Virus record (IMG/VR): IMGVR_UViG_3300037340_000044
Span: 1-64,000 of that record
Source: a virus
Length of the DNA: 64,000 nt
Reading direction: 5' to 3' (one strand)
Below, piece after piece: positions 10,061 through 19,300 of this stretch; position 1 is the first letter of the stretch, and every line of letters begins with the position of its first letter. The notes below the pieces were generated by a model. The model was not told where the DNA came from, did not search any database, and saw nothing but the letters and a program-made list of their open reading frames with translations. A program made the translations under genes and the position numbers.

Positions 10061-10355
10061 CCGACCATCAGACGAGATGTACCGATCCGGCCTGGAACTG
10101 AATTGCCAGTGTGCCCGCTGCGGTTCATCCGTGAACAGCGAGCTCTGCGACTATTTCGAGTGCGAGGACGGATACCGCTTCGATTGTGAGGACGGAATCA
10201 TGGACGACGAGCCGTGCCCAGAATGCCACGGCCACCCGATCTTCCATCAGTGCCTGTCGTCGCGCGAGTTCTGCGAGGCCAACCCGTTGCCGGGCCGTGA
10301 GAGCGTCGATCGCGGCAGCATCGAATGGTATTGCGTTTTGGAGGGTCGGCCGTGA
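10038..10355 (+). CDS. Cys-rich Zn-finger protein
   Basis: GGAGG RBS; CARCG, CEDG, CPECHG. Confidence 0.65.
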   Translation: MPPNVIADRPSDEMYRSGLELNCQCARCGSSVNSELCDYFECEDGYRFDCEDGIMDDEPCPECHGHPIFHQCLSSREFCEANPLPGRESVDRGSIEWYCVLEGRP

Positions 10356-10471
10356 GAAGCAACGACAAGCAACTGAGGTAGAGCAGGATGGGCACGCCTC
10401 CCATGTCGCCGGCCAGGGCAAAGAAGATAGCGGTGTATCTGGAGTACATTGCTTGGCGAATGCGTACGGGC

Positions 10472-10779
10472 TGAACCGGCCAATTCTGAGAACCAAAGGA
10501 GCCGATTGTGAGCATTATGAAGTGCCCGTCGTGTGTGGCCGCGATTCTCAAGCAAGCGGCCAAGGTAGCACCACGATGAATGACCCGATCGATCCGCAGC
10601 TTACGTGCGAATGCGGACATCCGCGATGTTGGCACGAGCCGCTTGCGGATGAGCCTGACGTCCTAAGTTGGACCGGCCATTACTGCACGCATCCGGGTTG
10701 TGGTTGTTTCGATTTTGTGCCGAAAGAACCGGCCGAGTGAACGGGCCAATTCTGAGAACCAAAGGAGCCGATTGTGAGC
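10472..10779 (+). repeat. 42-bp direct repeat (10472-10513, 10738-10779) spanning stop codon, RBS and GTG start; partial copy at 9702-9727
   Basis: tgaac(c/g)ggccaattctgagaaccaaaggagccgattgtgagc, 41/42 identical. Confidence 0.92.
10576..10740 (+). CDS. Small Zn-finger protein
   Basis: CECGH...WH...CTHPGCGCFDF. Confidence 0.65.
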   Translation: MNDPIDPQLTCECGHPRCWHEPLADEPDVLSWTGHYCTHPGCGCFDFVPKEPAE

Positions 10780-11037
10780 GTCGAAGAGCGTGCCAAGGCA
10801 CTCGTGGGCGATATGCCTTGGGTAACGGACAGGCTACTGTCGTTTCAGATCGAAGATTTGTGGAAACAAATCGCCGCGTTCCTATCGGCGGCCGTGGCTG
10901 AGCGAGCCGAGGCCGCTGGCGATCTGGCGACGGAGTGCCGGAACGCCATAAGTCTCCTTGAACAAGGTTTGCCCGGCAATGCGGAATATCAACTACACAC
11001 CGCTCTCGCCGCGTGGAACGAACTGGAGAACTCGTGA
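10774..11037 (+). CDS. Hypothetical protein
   Basis: AAAGGAG RBS, GTG start; ends ALAAWNELE. Confidence 0.7.
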   Translation: MSVEERAKALVGDMPWVTDRLLSFQIEDLWKQIAAFLSAAVAERAEAAGDLATECRNAISLLEQGLPGNAEYQLHTALAAWNELENS

Positions 11038-11486
11038 ACCGAAAACAGCTAATCGCGAGCGGCGTTGACGCTGCGCTGCTGCCAGCACGCAAGCGATCGG
11101 CAAAATTGCCGACGCGGAATCTGAACGGCGAGCGTGTGCCGCGATTGGTGTTGACGCTGCCGTGGGTGCCGACCGCGAACAACGCCTATCCCACGAGCAA
11201 TGGAAGGCGCATCAAGAGCCGGGAAGCGAAGGCGTACACAGAGACGGTGCGGGCCATAGTGACGAACGCCGTGGGCCACGTCGAGGGGCGTTTGTCGGTG
11301 ATGATCTACTGCTACGCTCCCGACACGAGGCGCTATGACGTGGCCAACAGGGAGAAAATCGTATGCGATGCTCTGACAGCGTGCGGCGTGTGGGCCGACG
11401 ACTCGCAGATTGACGAGTTGCACATCTACCGCAGAGCGCCTAAGCCGCATGGCGCGGTGTGCGTGTGCATTCAGGAGATAGGATAA
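11034..11486 (+). CDS. rusA: RusA-family Holliday junction resolvase
   Basis: LPWVPTANNAY...PDTRRYDVANREKIVCDALT..GVWADDSQID. Confidence 0.92.
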   Translation: MNRKQLIASGVDAALLPARKRSAKLPTRNLNGERVPRLVLTLPWVPTANNAYPTSNGRRIKSREAKAYTETVRAIVTNAVGHVEGRLSVMIYCYAPDTRRYDVANREKIVCDALTACGVWADDSQIDELHIYRRAPKPHGAVCVCIQEIG

Positions 11487-11845
11487 TGACGCGAAACTGG
11501 ACCTATTCCGAGGGTTGCGGTTGCCCGGAAGGGAGGATGACGACGATGAACATGACGAAAGCGAAGTGCGGCCATTTCGTTCCGGCAGTCGGTGCCCCAG
11601 GATCAGCAGCGAGGTTCGCATGCGAAATCGGCCCGTGCCAAGAATGCGATACGCCTGCCTTCTGGCAACGCGAGTACGATGAGGCGGTGCCGATTCCGGT
11701 GAGCCCGGAACGCATCAAAGAAATCGTCGATCATTGTCTGACGGCGTGCCTGGAATGTGGCGGCGAGCGGATTTACAAGGACGTTTGCACGGTATGCCAT
11801 GGCAGCGGAAAACGGCCACGAGGCGAACAAGAGGTCCGGATATGA
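11486..11845 (+). CDS. Cys-rich Zn-finger protein
   Basis: AGGAG RBS; CLECGG..CTVCHGSG. Confidence 0.65.
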   Translation: MTRNWTYSEGCGCPEGRMTTMNMTKAKCGHFVPAVGAPGSAARFACEIGPCQECDTPAFWQREYDEAVPIPVSPERIKEIVDHCLTACLECGGERIYKDVCTVCHGSGKRPRGEQEVRI

Positions 11846-12099
11846 ATGTGGAACCATACGAAGACGGCGTTGCGTGCGCCGGGCCAACGGCGCCGGACTG
11901 CGATCGGATCGACGACTTGCTCCGCTTGCTGGTGACGATCCGGGAGCGATGGGGTAACACGGCCGTCAGATACCGTTTTCAGTGGGGCGCGGCCGCTCTG
12001 TGGGCCGAGGACGGCCAGAAAAAGGAACTCGCCAAGCTGAAAGCGAAGATCGAACGTCTCAAGAGAAAGGCGGCCAAGGCCAATGGAGTGCCAAGCTGA
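11842..12099 (+). CDS. Hypothetical protein
   Basis: ATGA overlap, GAGGT RBS, coiled-coil C-terminus. Confidence 0.65.
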   Translation: MNVEPYEDGVACAGPTAPDCDRIDDLLRLLVTIRERWGNTAVRYRFQWGAAALWAEDGQKKELAKLKAKIERLKRKAAKANGVPS

Positions 12100-12593
12100 T
12101 GGACCGCCCAAGCCACGACGACGCAAAAACCTGCCTGCACTGCCACCGCAAGTCGGCCAAAGGGCGACGCGGCCTATGCTGGACGTGCTCAAGCGATCCG
12201 GAGATCCGTGAGCAATACGCACCGATCGGCAAATTCGGAGAGGCCGGCGCAAAAGGAGGTCGAATAAGAGCGGGCACAGAAACGGCGGCTGCGACGCTAT
12301 CCGAAGCTGTCCAGCAACCGGCCATCGAAGGCGAGCCAGCGTGTCCGAGGTGCCACGGGCCGATAAGTGTTGCCGAACGGTTGGCGTACAACGGACGCTG
12401 TGAGACGTGCTTCGCGACACGCGCGCAGGAACAGCGGCTGCCTGGCTCGATGGGGATCGGCCAGGATAAGCCGAAGTATTACAGCAACAAGCAGCACAAG
12501 GGCGACAGCGACACGGACGGAGCCAAGCGGATGGTGATACCATGGTTGGATAGGCAGGGAGGGGCAACATGCACAGATGCCGTCACCACCTAG
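12099..12593 (+). CDS. Zn-finger protein
   Basis: CLHC....RRGLCWTC, CPRC...CETC. Confidence 0.65.
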   Translation: MDRPSHDDAKTCLHCHRKSAKGRRGLCWTCSSDPEIREQYAPIGKFGEAGAKGGRIRAGTETAAATLSEAVQQPAIEGEPACPRCHGPISVAERLAYNGRCETCFATRAQEQRLPGSMGIGQDKPKYYSNKQHKGDSDTDGAKRMVIPWLDRQGGATCTDAVTT

Positions 12594-12871
12594 CTAAGCT
12601 GGCCTACGAGCGCCGCCACCGCGAGCTATTCGCGTGGCTGGCATACGCGGCCCTGGAGTACGGCCGTGAGCCCACGACGTGGCACGGCATCCTCCTTCGG
12701 ACATGGGCGCGGCGCTTGCACCGGCACGAATGTCAGTACTCCAAGCTGGATCCGCACTGGCTCAACGAGCGCGAGCTGGACTTGTGGAACGCGGCAATGG
12801 GCTATTGCGTGTACGGGATCGGCTGCCAACTGCTTGAGGCGGCGCTGGCGTTTGGGCGAGAACCGGCGTGA
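12569..12871 (+). CDS. Hypothetical protein
   Basis: GGAGG RBS. Confidence 0.55.
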   Translation: MHRCRHHLAKLAYERRHRELFAWLAYAALEYGREPTTWHGILLRTWARRLHRHECQYSKLDPHWLNERELDLWNAAMGYCVYGIGCQLLEAALAFGREPA

Positions 12872-12873
12872 AT

Positions 12874-12882
12874 TGGTACAAT
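12874..12882 (+). promoter_or_regulatory. Extended -10 promoter (TGgTACAAT) upstream of the virion-gene block
   Basis: TGnTAnnnT in the intergenic gap. Confidence 0.5.
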
Positions 12883-12921
12883 ACCACGCATGAGCGCAGG
12901 CGGTAAATAGGAGGGCAGCAA

Positions 12922-13014
12922 ATGGCAGCCAACAGCAACCCACAAGCCGTCTTGTTCGACAACCAAAAGATTCGGCCGGTCAACGACCTGGCCATCTCGC
13001 TGCTCGCCTACTAA
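12922..13014 (+). pseudogene. 30-aa ORF MAANSNPQAVLFDNQKIRPVNDLAISLLAY, probably a truncated gene
   Basis: Strong AGGAGG RBS but stops after 30 codons, just before the sialidase-like gene. Confidence 0.45.
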
Positions 13015-13035
13015 ATCGACGACGCCATATAAATT

Positions 13036-15855
13036 ATGCCTACGCCTCCTCCACTAAATGTCATTCCGAGCACGCCGCTCAGCAATACGGCCTCCAAGTT
13101 TAACGGGCCTGGTGCCATCGGTGTCGCATCGAACGGCACGGCCGTCTGCATCTACGGCGTCGGCATTCAGAACGACAATACGAGCGGCGGCCTGTATTGC
13201 ATCACCTCGACTAACAACGGCGGCACATGGTCAGCTCCAACGACGCTGATCTCTCCAGTGGCCGGCAACGCTATCCCGATTCGATGCACTCGGATCACGA
13301 CTCTGGCAAGCGGTCATATGCTCGCTGCCATCGAACAATCGGCAAACGCCAGTGCCGGCAATCCCGGCAATGCTTACATCCTGGTATCGACAGACAACGG
13401 AACGACCTGGACAGTAGGCACTGTCATAAGCCCGCCTGCCAGCCTGGACGGTGCCATTTCCTATGGTCAGATCATCGAGATTTCTTCGGGCGGCGACCTC
13501 TGGCAGTGCTGGTATGGCTGGACCGATGTGCCAGGAAACGACACTTTCCCGTTTATCATGCAGTGTCCGTCTGGATCGGACCCTCTTACTGGTAGTAACT
13601 GGGTGCTGCTGGGCGGCTCTCTCAGTGCAGCGAGAGTAATGCCGGTCGGACCTCCGTACTTCAACGAGACGGATGTGTGCCAGGTAAATTCGACGACCTA
13701 CGTTGCCGTGGCTCGTCGGCAGAGTAACCCGCTTTACACGGCGATCACGACTAACAGTGGATCGACATGGAGTGCGCCAGTTCAACTCGCTGACCAGAAT
13801 GGCAAGGAGACAGTAACCGGCGTGTCACCAGCACTATTAGTGCTAAGCGATGGGAACATTTTGCTGACGTGGGGGGAACGAGGCAACATAGACGGTCAAG
13901 GTGGCATGGGGTCTATGGTTTCCGCAAATGGCGGAAGTACTTGGCTGATAGAGGCAATGCCGTTCTACCTCAGCAAAGCCTTGTACACAAATCTGGACAT
14001 TTCGTATGCGTCTAACTGCCAGCTTTCGACCGGTGACATTTACGCGGTCGTTTATCTGGCATCAAATCAAACCGGCGAGCCGTTTTATGGCTTCCCTTGG
14101 AGCGAGTCGTGGGCTGTAAGCCCTCCCGCATCAACGAATCCGTACTATAACTTCGGAGTTATACCAGTCATGGCGTTCACAGAATTCTTCACTGACGCGG
14201 CTAACGGGAGCAACCTGAATGCCGGGGATGGTCTAAGCGGCGCGTATCAGGCCGCTCCGACGATGAGCGACACGGCGGGCACCGGCACATACTCGCGTGG
14301 CGGTGGGGCGACCGACACGTACACGTCAGGGGCTACTAACGGAACGGTAGTAGTCGGCCAGTTCATCTCAATTTACAGTAGTGGCGCGACGATTCCGGCA
14401 TACCAAGCTAGAATCACGGCAGTCAGTGGGGGTAGCGGATTAGCGTGGGTAATCACGCTGAGCAACACGACGGCGAGCGGTACGCGGCCGACGAACGCTT
14501 CAACGTACCTCGCTCAGGTTGGTGGGTCATGGGCAGGGCCGAGCGGGACAGTTACATTCCCGTTCAACTTCCTAACCGACGCGTCGACGGACGCGGCTGG
14601 CGACCGGCCTCGGGTCAACATGCGCAACAACGCCGTGTACTCAATGACTGCGACCCTGGCAATCCCAACAGGGTTCCAATACTGCTGGCTTGAGGGGTTC
14701 ACCAATACACCCAGCGACGGAGGAAAGGCTGTAATAGATGCTGGTGGCAACGCAATAGGTGTGGTGACAGTCGCCAGCGGCTGCTTCACGATTGGCAGCT
14801 TGATCGTGCAAAACAACAGCGGCAACAACGATGGGCTCGTGGGCGGCAACGGCAGCAATGTCCTCTTCAATTGCATCGCCCGCTATATCGGCGGTTCTGG
14901 CCTGGTTCCAAAGGGCACGTTGATAGAGTCTGAGGCTTATGCGTGTAACCAGTCCAATACGGCGAACAAGGCAGGCATTACAAATACGAATGGAACGTAT
15001 ATGTCGCGGTGTTGGGCGCACGACAATATCGGAACCAACGTCAGCGGATTTTTCCTTCAAGGTGGGTGCAATTTGGCGCTCTGTGAGGCTAGTGGAAACG
15101 GCCTGCACGGGTGCTTTCACAGCGGAAACAGCACATTATCTCTGGTTGGCTGCGATATTTATGGCAACGGGGTGTCGGCCACAGCGGATGGATTGCACAC
15201 GACGGCGGGTCTCACTCCGCTGTACATTGAAAACTGCAATTTAGTGTTAAATACCGGATGGGGAATCAACGCGACGAGTAACATATGGTTGCTGATGCGC
15301 AACTGCGGATTCGGCAGCGGCACGCAGGCGAACGGCAGCGGTCAGTACAGCATTTCCACAAGCAACCCGGCTATCGAAATTGCAGGAACGATCACCTACG
15401 CCAGCGGCGTGACGCCGTGGATCGACCCCGTCCACGGCAACTTCGACATCAACCTCGCCGCCGCTGAGAACACTGGACGCGGCAACTTCACGCAGACGCC
15501 GTACCTCACCGGCACGATCACCAACGCCACGAACACGAGTCCCATCGTCGTTACCAGTGCGGCCCACGGCTTGACCAGTGGGGCGAGAGTCGTGATAACC
15601 GGTGTGGGCGGCAACACGAACGCGAACGCGACGTGGACGGTAAACGTGGTGGACGCGAACACGTTCAACCTGATCGGCTCAAGCGGCAACTCGGCGTACA
15701 CGTCGGGCGGGGCCTGGACGAGCGGGCCGAACAGCAACTGGACGGCTGCTACGACGGTGGGCTACCCAGACGTGGGGGCGGCGACGCATCAGGCGGCGGC
15801 GGGTGGCGGGGGCGTAATCGTGAATCCAGGCACAACGGGCGGCTGCGGAGCATAA
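13036..15855 (+). CDS. Virion fibre/spike-like protein: BNR (Asp-box) sialidase-like domain, pectin-lyase-like beta-helix and FCCH-like domain
   Basis: Asp-boxes STNNGGTWS, STDNGTTWT, TTNSGSTWS, SANGGSTW; N/G-rich helix repeats; ITNATNTSPIVVTSAAHGL.SG..V.ITGV.G. Confidence 0.8.
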   Translation: MPTPPPLNVIPSTPLSNTASKFNGPGAIGVASNGTAVCIYGVGIQNDNTSGGLYCITSTNNGGTWSAPTTLISPVAGNAIPIRCTRITTLASGHMLAAIEQSANASAGNPGNAYILVSTDNGTTWTVGTVISPPASLDGAISYGQIIEISSGGDLWQCWYGWTDVPGNDTFPFIMQCPSGSDPLTGSNWVLLGGSLSAARVMPVGPPYFNETDVCQVNSTTYVAVARRQSNPLYTAITTNSGSTWSAPVQLADQNGKETVTGVSPALLVLSDGNILLTWGERGNIDGQGGMGSMVSANGGSTWLIEAMPFYLSKALYTNLDISYASNCQLSTGDIYAVVYLASNQTGEPFYGFPWSESWAVSPPASTNPYYNFGVIPVMAFTEFFTDAANGSNLNAGDGLSGAYQAAPTMSDTAGTGTYSRGGGATDTYTSGATNGTVVVGQFISIYSSGATIPAYQARITAVSGGSGLAWVITLSNTTASGTRPTNASTYLAQVGGSWAGPSGTVTFPFNFLTDASTDAAGDRPRVNMRNNAVYSMTATLAIPTGFQYCWLEGFTNTPSDGGKAVIDAGGNAIGVVTVASGCFTIGSLIVQNNSGNNDGLVGGNGSNVLFNCIARYIGGSGLVPKGTLIESEAYACNQSNTANKAGITNTNGTYMSRCWAHDNIGTNVSGFFLQGGCNLALCEASGNGLHGCFHSGNSTLSLVGCDIYGNGVSATADGLHTTAGLTPLYIENCNLVLNTGWGINATSNIWLLMRNCGFGSGTQANGSGQYSISTSNPAIEIAGTITYASGVTPWIDPVHGNFDINLAAAENTGRGNFTQTPYLTGTITNATNTSPIVVTSAAHGLTSGARVVITGVGGNTNANATWTVNVVDANTFNLIGSSGNSAYTSGGAWTSGPNSNWTAATTVGYPDVGAATHQAAAGGGGVIVNPGTTGGCGA

Positions 15856-15858
15856 AAC

Positions 15859-17175
15859 ATGAAGCTGCTAGTGCAACAAAACGCGGCAAGCCAACTCGCC
15901 ACGATATTCGTGCAAAACTCGTCATTGACCACGGGGGCAGGTCTTACGGGATTGGCGTACAACACGGCATCTCTGACCGCCTACTATTTCCGGCAGGGCG
16001 ATGCGTCCAGCACGCAAATAGTTCTGGCGACGATGACGCTGGGCACATGGGCCACATCCGGCTTCATCGTCGTGGACGCCACGCACATGCCAGGCGTGTA
16101 TCAGATCGGCATCCCGAATGCGGCGCTGACAGCATTGGGCAGCGTGGTCATCGTCTTGCAGGGTGCGGCGAACATGGCGCCGGTGGTGCTGGAGATTCAG
16201 GTGGTTGCCTATAACCCGAACGATGCAGCGCTCGGCATTAGCAGTGCTCCATTGCCAGCCGCGCCGACAGCGAACACAATTGGCGAGGCACTTTTCATTC
16301 TCGACAACCTTGCCGGTCGCATCAATACAGCCCAAGCTGGAGCGGCTACGACAATCACGCTGGACGCCGGCGCTTCGGCAACCGATGGAAGGTATGTCGG
16401 ATACGGCATCTATCTCTACGGTGGCACGGGCGGCGGCATACGCGGAGTTGGCCAAGAGCGGACGATTATCGCCTACGTCGGAGCTACCAAGGTGGCGACG
16501 GTGGCGCAGGCATGGGGCACGAACCCCGACAACACAAGCACCTTCATCCTCTATGTCAACCCGTGGACCAACGTCGGTATGTGGAACGGCACGGCTGTAG
16601 CGACGCCAGCGACGGCAGGCATACCGGACGTGAACGCAAAGAATTGGGGCAATGTCACCGTCACCGGCATGCCGATGCCGACGTATACGCAGCCAACGGG
16701 ATTCCTGGCAGCGACGTTCCCGAGCGGCACGATTGCGAACACGACCAACATCACGGGCGGGACAATCGCGACGGTGACGAATCTTACGAACGCGCCAACG
16801 GCAGGCGACTTCACGGCGACGATGAAAACTTCACTGGGTACTGCGATAACCAACTCTGGAATCAAGGCAGACTTGGATAATTTGCAAACGTCGGCAGGAT
16901 CGGGAGTGTTCACGGTGGCTTCGCTGGCGAACGCACCAACAGGAGGCAGTGCGCCGACGGCAGCGCAGAACGCGGCGGCGCTTCTCGCATACGACATGAG
17001 CACGATCGTAGGCGAGGCAGCGAAGTCGCCGATCAACTGCCTGCGCAAGCTGCGCGATTGGAGCATCAGCGGCAATACGTTGACGGTGTACAAAGAGGAT
17101 GGCTCGACAGCGGCGTACACACAGACGCTGACGTCTACGGTCGGGGCTAACCCGATTACAGGTATCACCGGATGA
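15859..17175 (+). CDS. Virion structural protein (Thr/Ala/Gly-rich)
   Basis: GAGLTGLAYNTASLTAYY, MPGVYQ, TITLDAGASATD..Y.G, GQER.I..Y.GATKVATV. Confidence 0.7.
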   Translation: MKLLVQQNAASQLATIFVQNSSLTTGAGLTGLAYNTASLTAYYFRQGDASSTQIVLATMTLGTWATSGFIVVDATHMPGVYQIGIPNAALTALGSVVIVLQGAANMAPVVLEIQVVAYNPNDAALGISSAPLPAAPTANTIGEALFILDNLAGRINTAQAGAATTITLDAGASATDGRYVGYGIYLYGGTGGGIRGVGQERTIIAYVGATKVATVAQAWGTNPDNTSTFILYVNPWTNVGMWNGTAVATPATAGIPDVNAKNWGNVTVTGMPMPTYTQPTGFLAATFPSGTIANTTNITGGTIATVTNLTNAPTAGDFTATMKTSLGTAITNSGIKADLDNLQTSAGSGVFTVASLANAPTGGSAPTAAQNAAALLAYDMSTIVGEAAKSPINCLRKLRDWSISGNTLTVYKEDGSTAAYTQTLTSTVGANPITGITG

Positions 17176-17453
17176 GCGCCGGCTACAGAGGAACAGCCGA
17201 TTGGTCGGGCATTTCAGAAGGAGTGCCGCCACATCAGTGCGGCTACATCGGCCCGATCGATTGGTCTGGTATTTCATGCGGCGCGTTCACGTCGCCAATC
17301 CCACCCACGCCGCCGCACTCCCCGATGCAATACGAAGGCGGCGCCGGCGACATGCGGCGCGTGCGCGAACTAGCAGCCCGCAGGCGCAAGCAGCTCGAGC
17401 TTGCCGCGTACAACGAGCAGGCGCTGCTGGCAATTTTGCTGGCGGAGTGGTAA
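17172..17453 (+). CDS. Hypothetical protein with two DWSGIS repeats
   Basis: ATGA overlap; ends EQALLAILL. Confidence 0.65.
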   Translation: MSAGYRGTADWSGISEGVPPHQCGYIGPIDWSGISCGAFTSPIPPTPPHSPMQYEGGAGDMRRVRELAARRRKQLELAAYNEQALLAILLAEW

Positions 17454-17479
17454 GCTGCTTGCCGAGAAGCACTGGAGAT

Positions 17480-17686
17480 ATGCACATGAAAAGCCCCGAT
17501 GAACTCGCCCGCTCTCTCAAATACAGCAAGAGCGAAGCAGACACCGAAAAGGGCGGCTCGCTAGCTACGGCTGCCGGCAAGCTTGGGGAAGCTGGCGGCC
17601 CAGCAAGAGCGAAGGCGCTTTCGCCTTCACGCCGGGCAGCGATTGCCAGGCTTGGGGCACTCGCGATGCACAGGCGACGGGGGTAG
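17480..17686 (+). CDS. Small basic protein (GG.ARAKALSP.RR..IAR type); candidate head-internal nucleic-acid-binding protein
   Basis: GGAG RBS; GEAGGPARAKALSPSRRAAIARLGA. Confidence 0.7.
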   Translation: MHMKSPDELARSLKYSKSEADTEKGGSLATAAGKLGEAGGPARAKALSPSRRAAIARLGALAMHRRRG

Positions 17687-17716
17687 GTGCTTGTCGTCAA
17701 GCAGAAATAGACACAC

Positions 17717-17740
17717 GCCGCCCCCTCCTGGCGGCTTTTT
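17717..17740 (+). terminator. Intrinsic terminator
   Basis: GCCGCC-ccctcct-GGCGGC-TTTTT. Confidence 0.75.
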
Positions 17741-17761
17741 CCACTCCGCTCGCCGGCCGCC

Positions 17762-17890
17762 TGTACCAGCGTATACAGCTTTACGTGCATACACTAGTGT
17801 ACGTGCATACACATAGTGTACGAAGTGCCAGGTGTATACGTGTATACACCTACTGTGCACCGTGCACGGTGTACCACGTACGTGTACGGT
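17762..17890. repeat. Alternating purine/pyrimidine tract of short palindromes and tandem repeats
   Basis: 2x TACGTGCATACAC(A)TAGTG, GGTGTATAC-gt-GTATACACC, many GTAC/GTGCAC. Confidence 0.85.
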
Positions 17891-17927
17891 GGGGCGCATA
17901 AATTCGCCAGAAATTCCGCCATTTCCC

Positions 17928-17956
17928 TGCAACATTCGCGGCCGGCGAGCGTATTC
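17928..17956 (+). promoter_or_regulatory. ECF-type promoter copy 1 (TGCAAC-N16-CGTATTC)
   Basis: One of four spacing-conserved intergenic copies. Confidence 0.8.
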
Positions 17957-18022
17957 TATGTTGTCGAGCCAACTGGTTCGCCGCGAACGGCCCGCGACCT
18001 GGCCGATGGAAGGATGCGACCG

Positions 18023-18253
18023 ATGAACGAATATCTGCCCGCTACCGTGCGTGCGAAGTGCCCATGCGGATGCGATGATCGCGAGTTTGACCTGCCGCCG
18101 CTGGGCATGCGCTACTCTGATCCGGCCTACCAGCATTACCTGCGCACTGGCGAATACCCGCCCGCGCCGCTGACGTTCCGCTGGTCGAGCGTGCGGGAGC
18201 TGCTGATAGTCGCGGTGTGCGGTGTGGCCGCTGGCGTGCTGGCCAGCTTGTAA
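18023..18253 (+). CDS. Small protein with C-terminal transmembrane helix
   Basis: GGAAGGA RBS; follows promoter copy 1. Confidence 0.65.
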   Translation: MNEYLPATVRAKCPCGCDDREFDLPPLGMRYSDPAYQHYLRTGEYPPAPLTFRWSSVRELLIVAVCGVAAGVLASL

Positions 18254-18260
18254 AATGCTC

Positions 18261-18289
18261 TGCAACTATTCAGCGCGGTGTGCGTATAC
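18261..18289 (+). promoter_or_regulatory. ECF-type promoter copy 2 (TGCAAC-N16-CGTATAC)
   Basis: Intergenic, exact 16-bp spacer. Confidence 0.8.
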
Positions 18290-18353
18290 CTTAGTAGTCG
18301 GACACAACCGACAACGCTAACGGCCAGCGAACAGGCCGCAAGAGGGCGAGACA

Positions 18354-18584
18354 ATGGATCAGAAAACGTGCAGATGCGAAGTATTCGTCATCGTCGATGA
18401 GGACGGAGACTACTCCGTGGGAGCTGACCAGGACAGCGCGTCCGAACATTATGTCGATAACTACGGCGGCGACGTGCGGCGCGTGGTCAGGATCGTTTTG
18501 GAAGTGCCGCTGCCGACGATCATCGAACTGACCGGCACCGTGCCACCGGAAGGCACGTCGGCCACGCTAACCGTGTCGCAGTAG
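18354..18584 (+). CDS. Acidic hypothetical protein
   Basis: GAGGG RBS; follows promoter copy 2. Confidence 0.75.
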   Translation: MDQKTCRCEVFVIVDEDGDYSVGADQDSASEHYVDNYGGDVRRVVRIVLEVPLPTIIELTGTVPPEGTSATLTVSQ

Positions 18585-18690
18585 GCCGGCAAGCCGTGTA
18601 CTCCCGAGCGGCAATTGATCGGGAGCGCTTGCAATTGCGATTGCAGGCGAGCGAACGGGTCGCTATCTGACCCGATAATGGGGTGACGAC

Positions 18691-19245
18691 ATGAGCAAAA
18701 CCAAAGAAGACAACCTGCACAGCATCGGCAAGTGCGCCATGGCATCCATCCGAGAAATGGTGGACGCCCTGGAATGCGATTACGACAGGCTGACCGATCT
18801 GCGAGACGAGCGCGACAGCTACGAGCCCAGCGACGGCGAAGAGCGTCTGACGCAGACCGAGTGCGCGACCAATGCCGAGCAATGGGCATTCGACAACAGC
18901 GAAGAGGCGGAAGAGCTGGCGGCGTTGGAAGCGGACGCCGGCGAATGCACGGACCGCGAAGACGCCGAGCAGCGCATCCACGATGACCCGATGAGCCTGG
19001 AATACCGGTCGGGCTGGTGCGCGAGCAAGGAAGAGATGGAACCGGAAGAATTTGTCTTGCTGCTGACCACTGGCGGCCCGGCGGTGCGGATCATCGGCGA
19101 AGTGAGCGACGGGGAACCGGATCGGCCACGGCTGCAAACCCAGGACTGGGGAACGAGCTGGACGGACTACTTCGGCGGCGAAGATCATTCGGACGACTGC
19201 GAAGCGCTGCTGACCTACTGCCGATGCTTCTGCATGGAATCGTAA
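18691..19245 (+). CDS. Highly acidic early protein
   Basis: Very D/E rich; EF.LLLTTGGPAVRI.G. Confidence 0.8.
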   Translation: MSKTKEDNLHSIGKCAMASIREMVDALECDYDRLTDLRDERDSYEPSDGEERLTQTECATNAEQWAFDNSEEAEELAALEADAGECTDREDAEQRIHDDPMSLEYRSGWCASKEEMEPEEFVLLLTTGGPAVRIIGEVSDGEPDRPRLQTQDWGTSWTDYFGGEDHSDDCEALLTYCRCFCMES

Positions 19246-19300
19246 TCGTGAGAACGGCAGGCCGCGCCGATTAGCGGCCAGAATCCGAGAGGGCAACGAA

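Noticed and set aside
17816-18022. ORF-track N-terminal extension through the palindromic tract
   Set aside because: It would span promoter copy 1; the RBS supports a start at 18023
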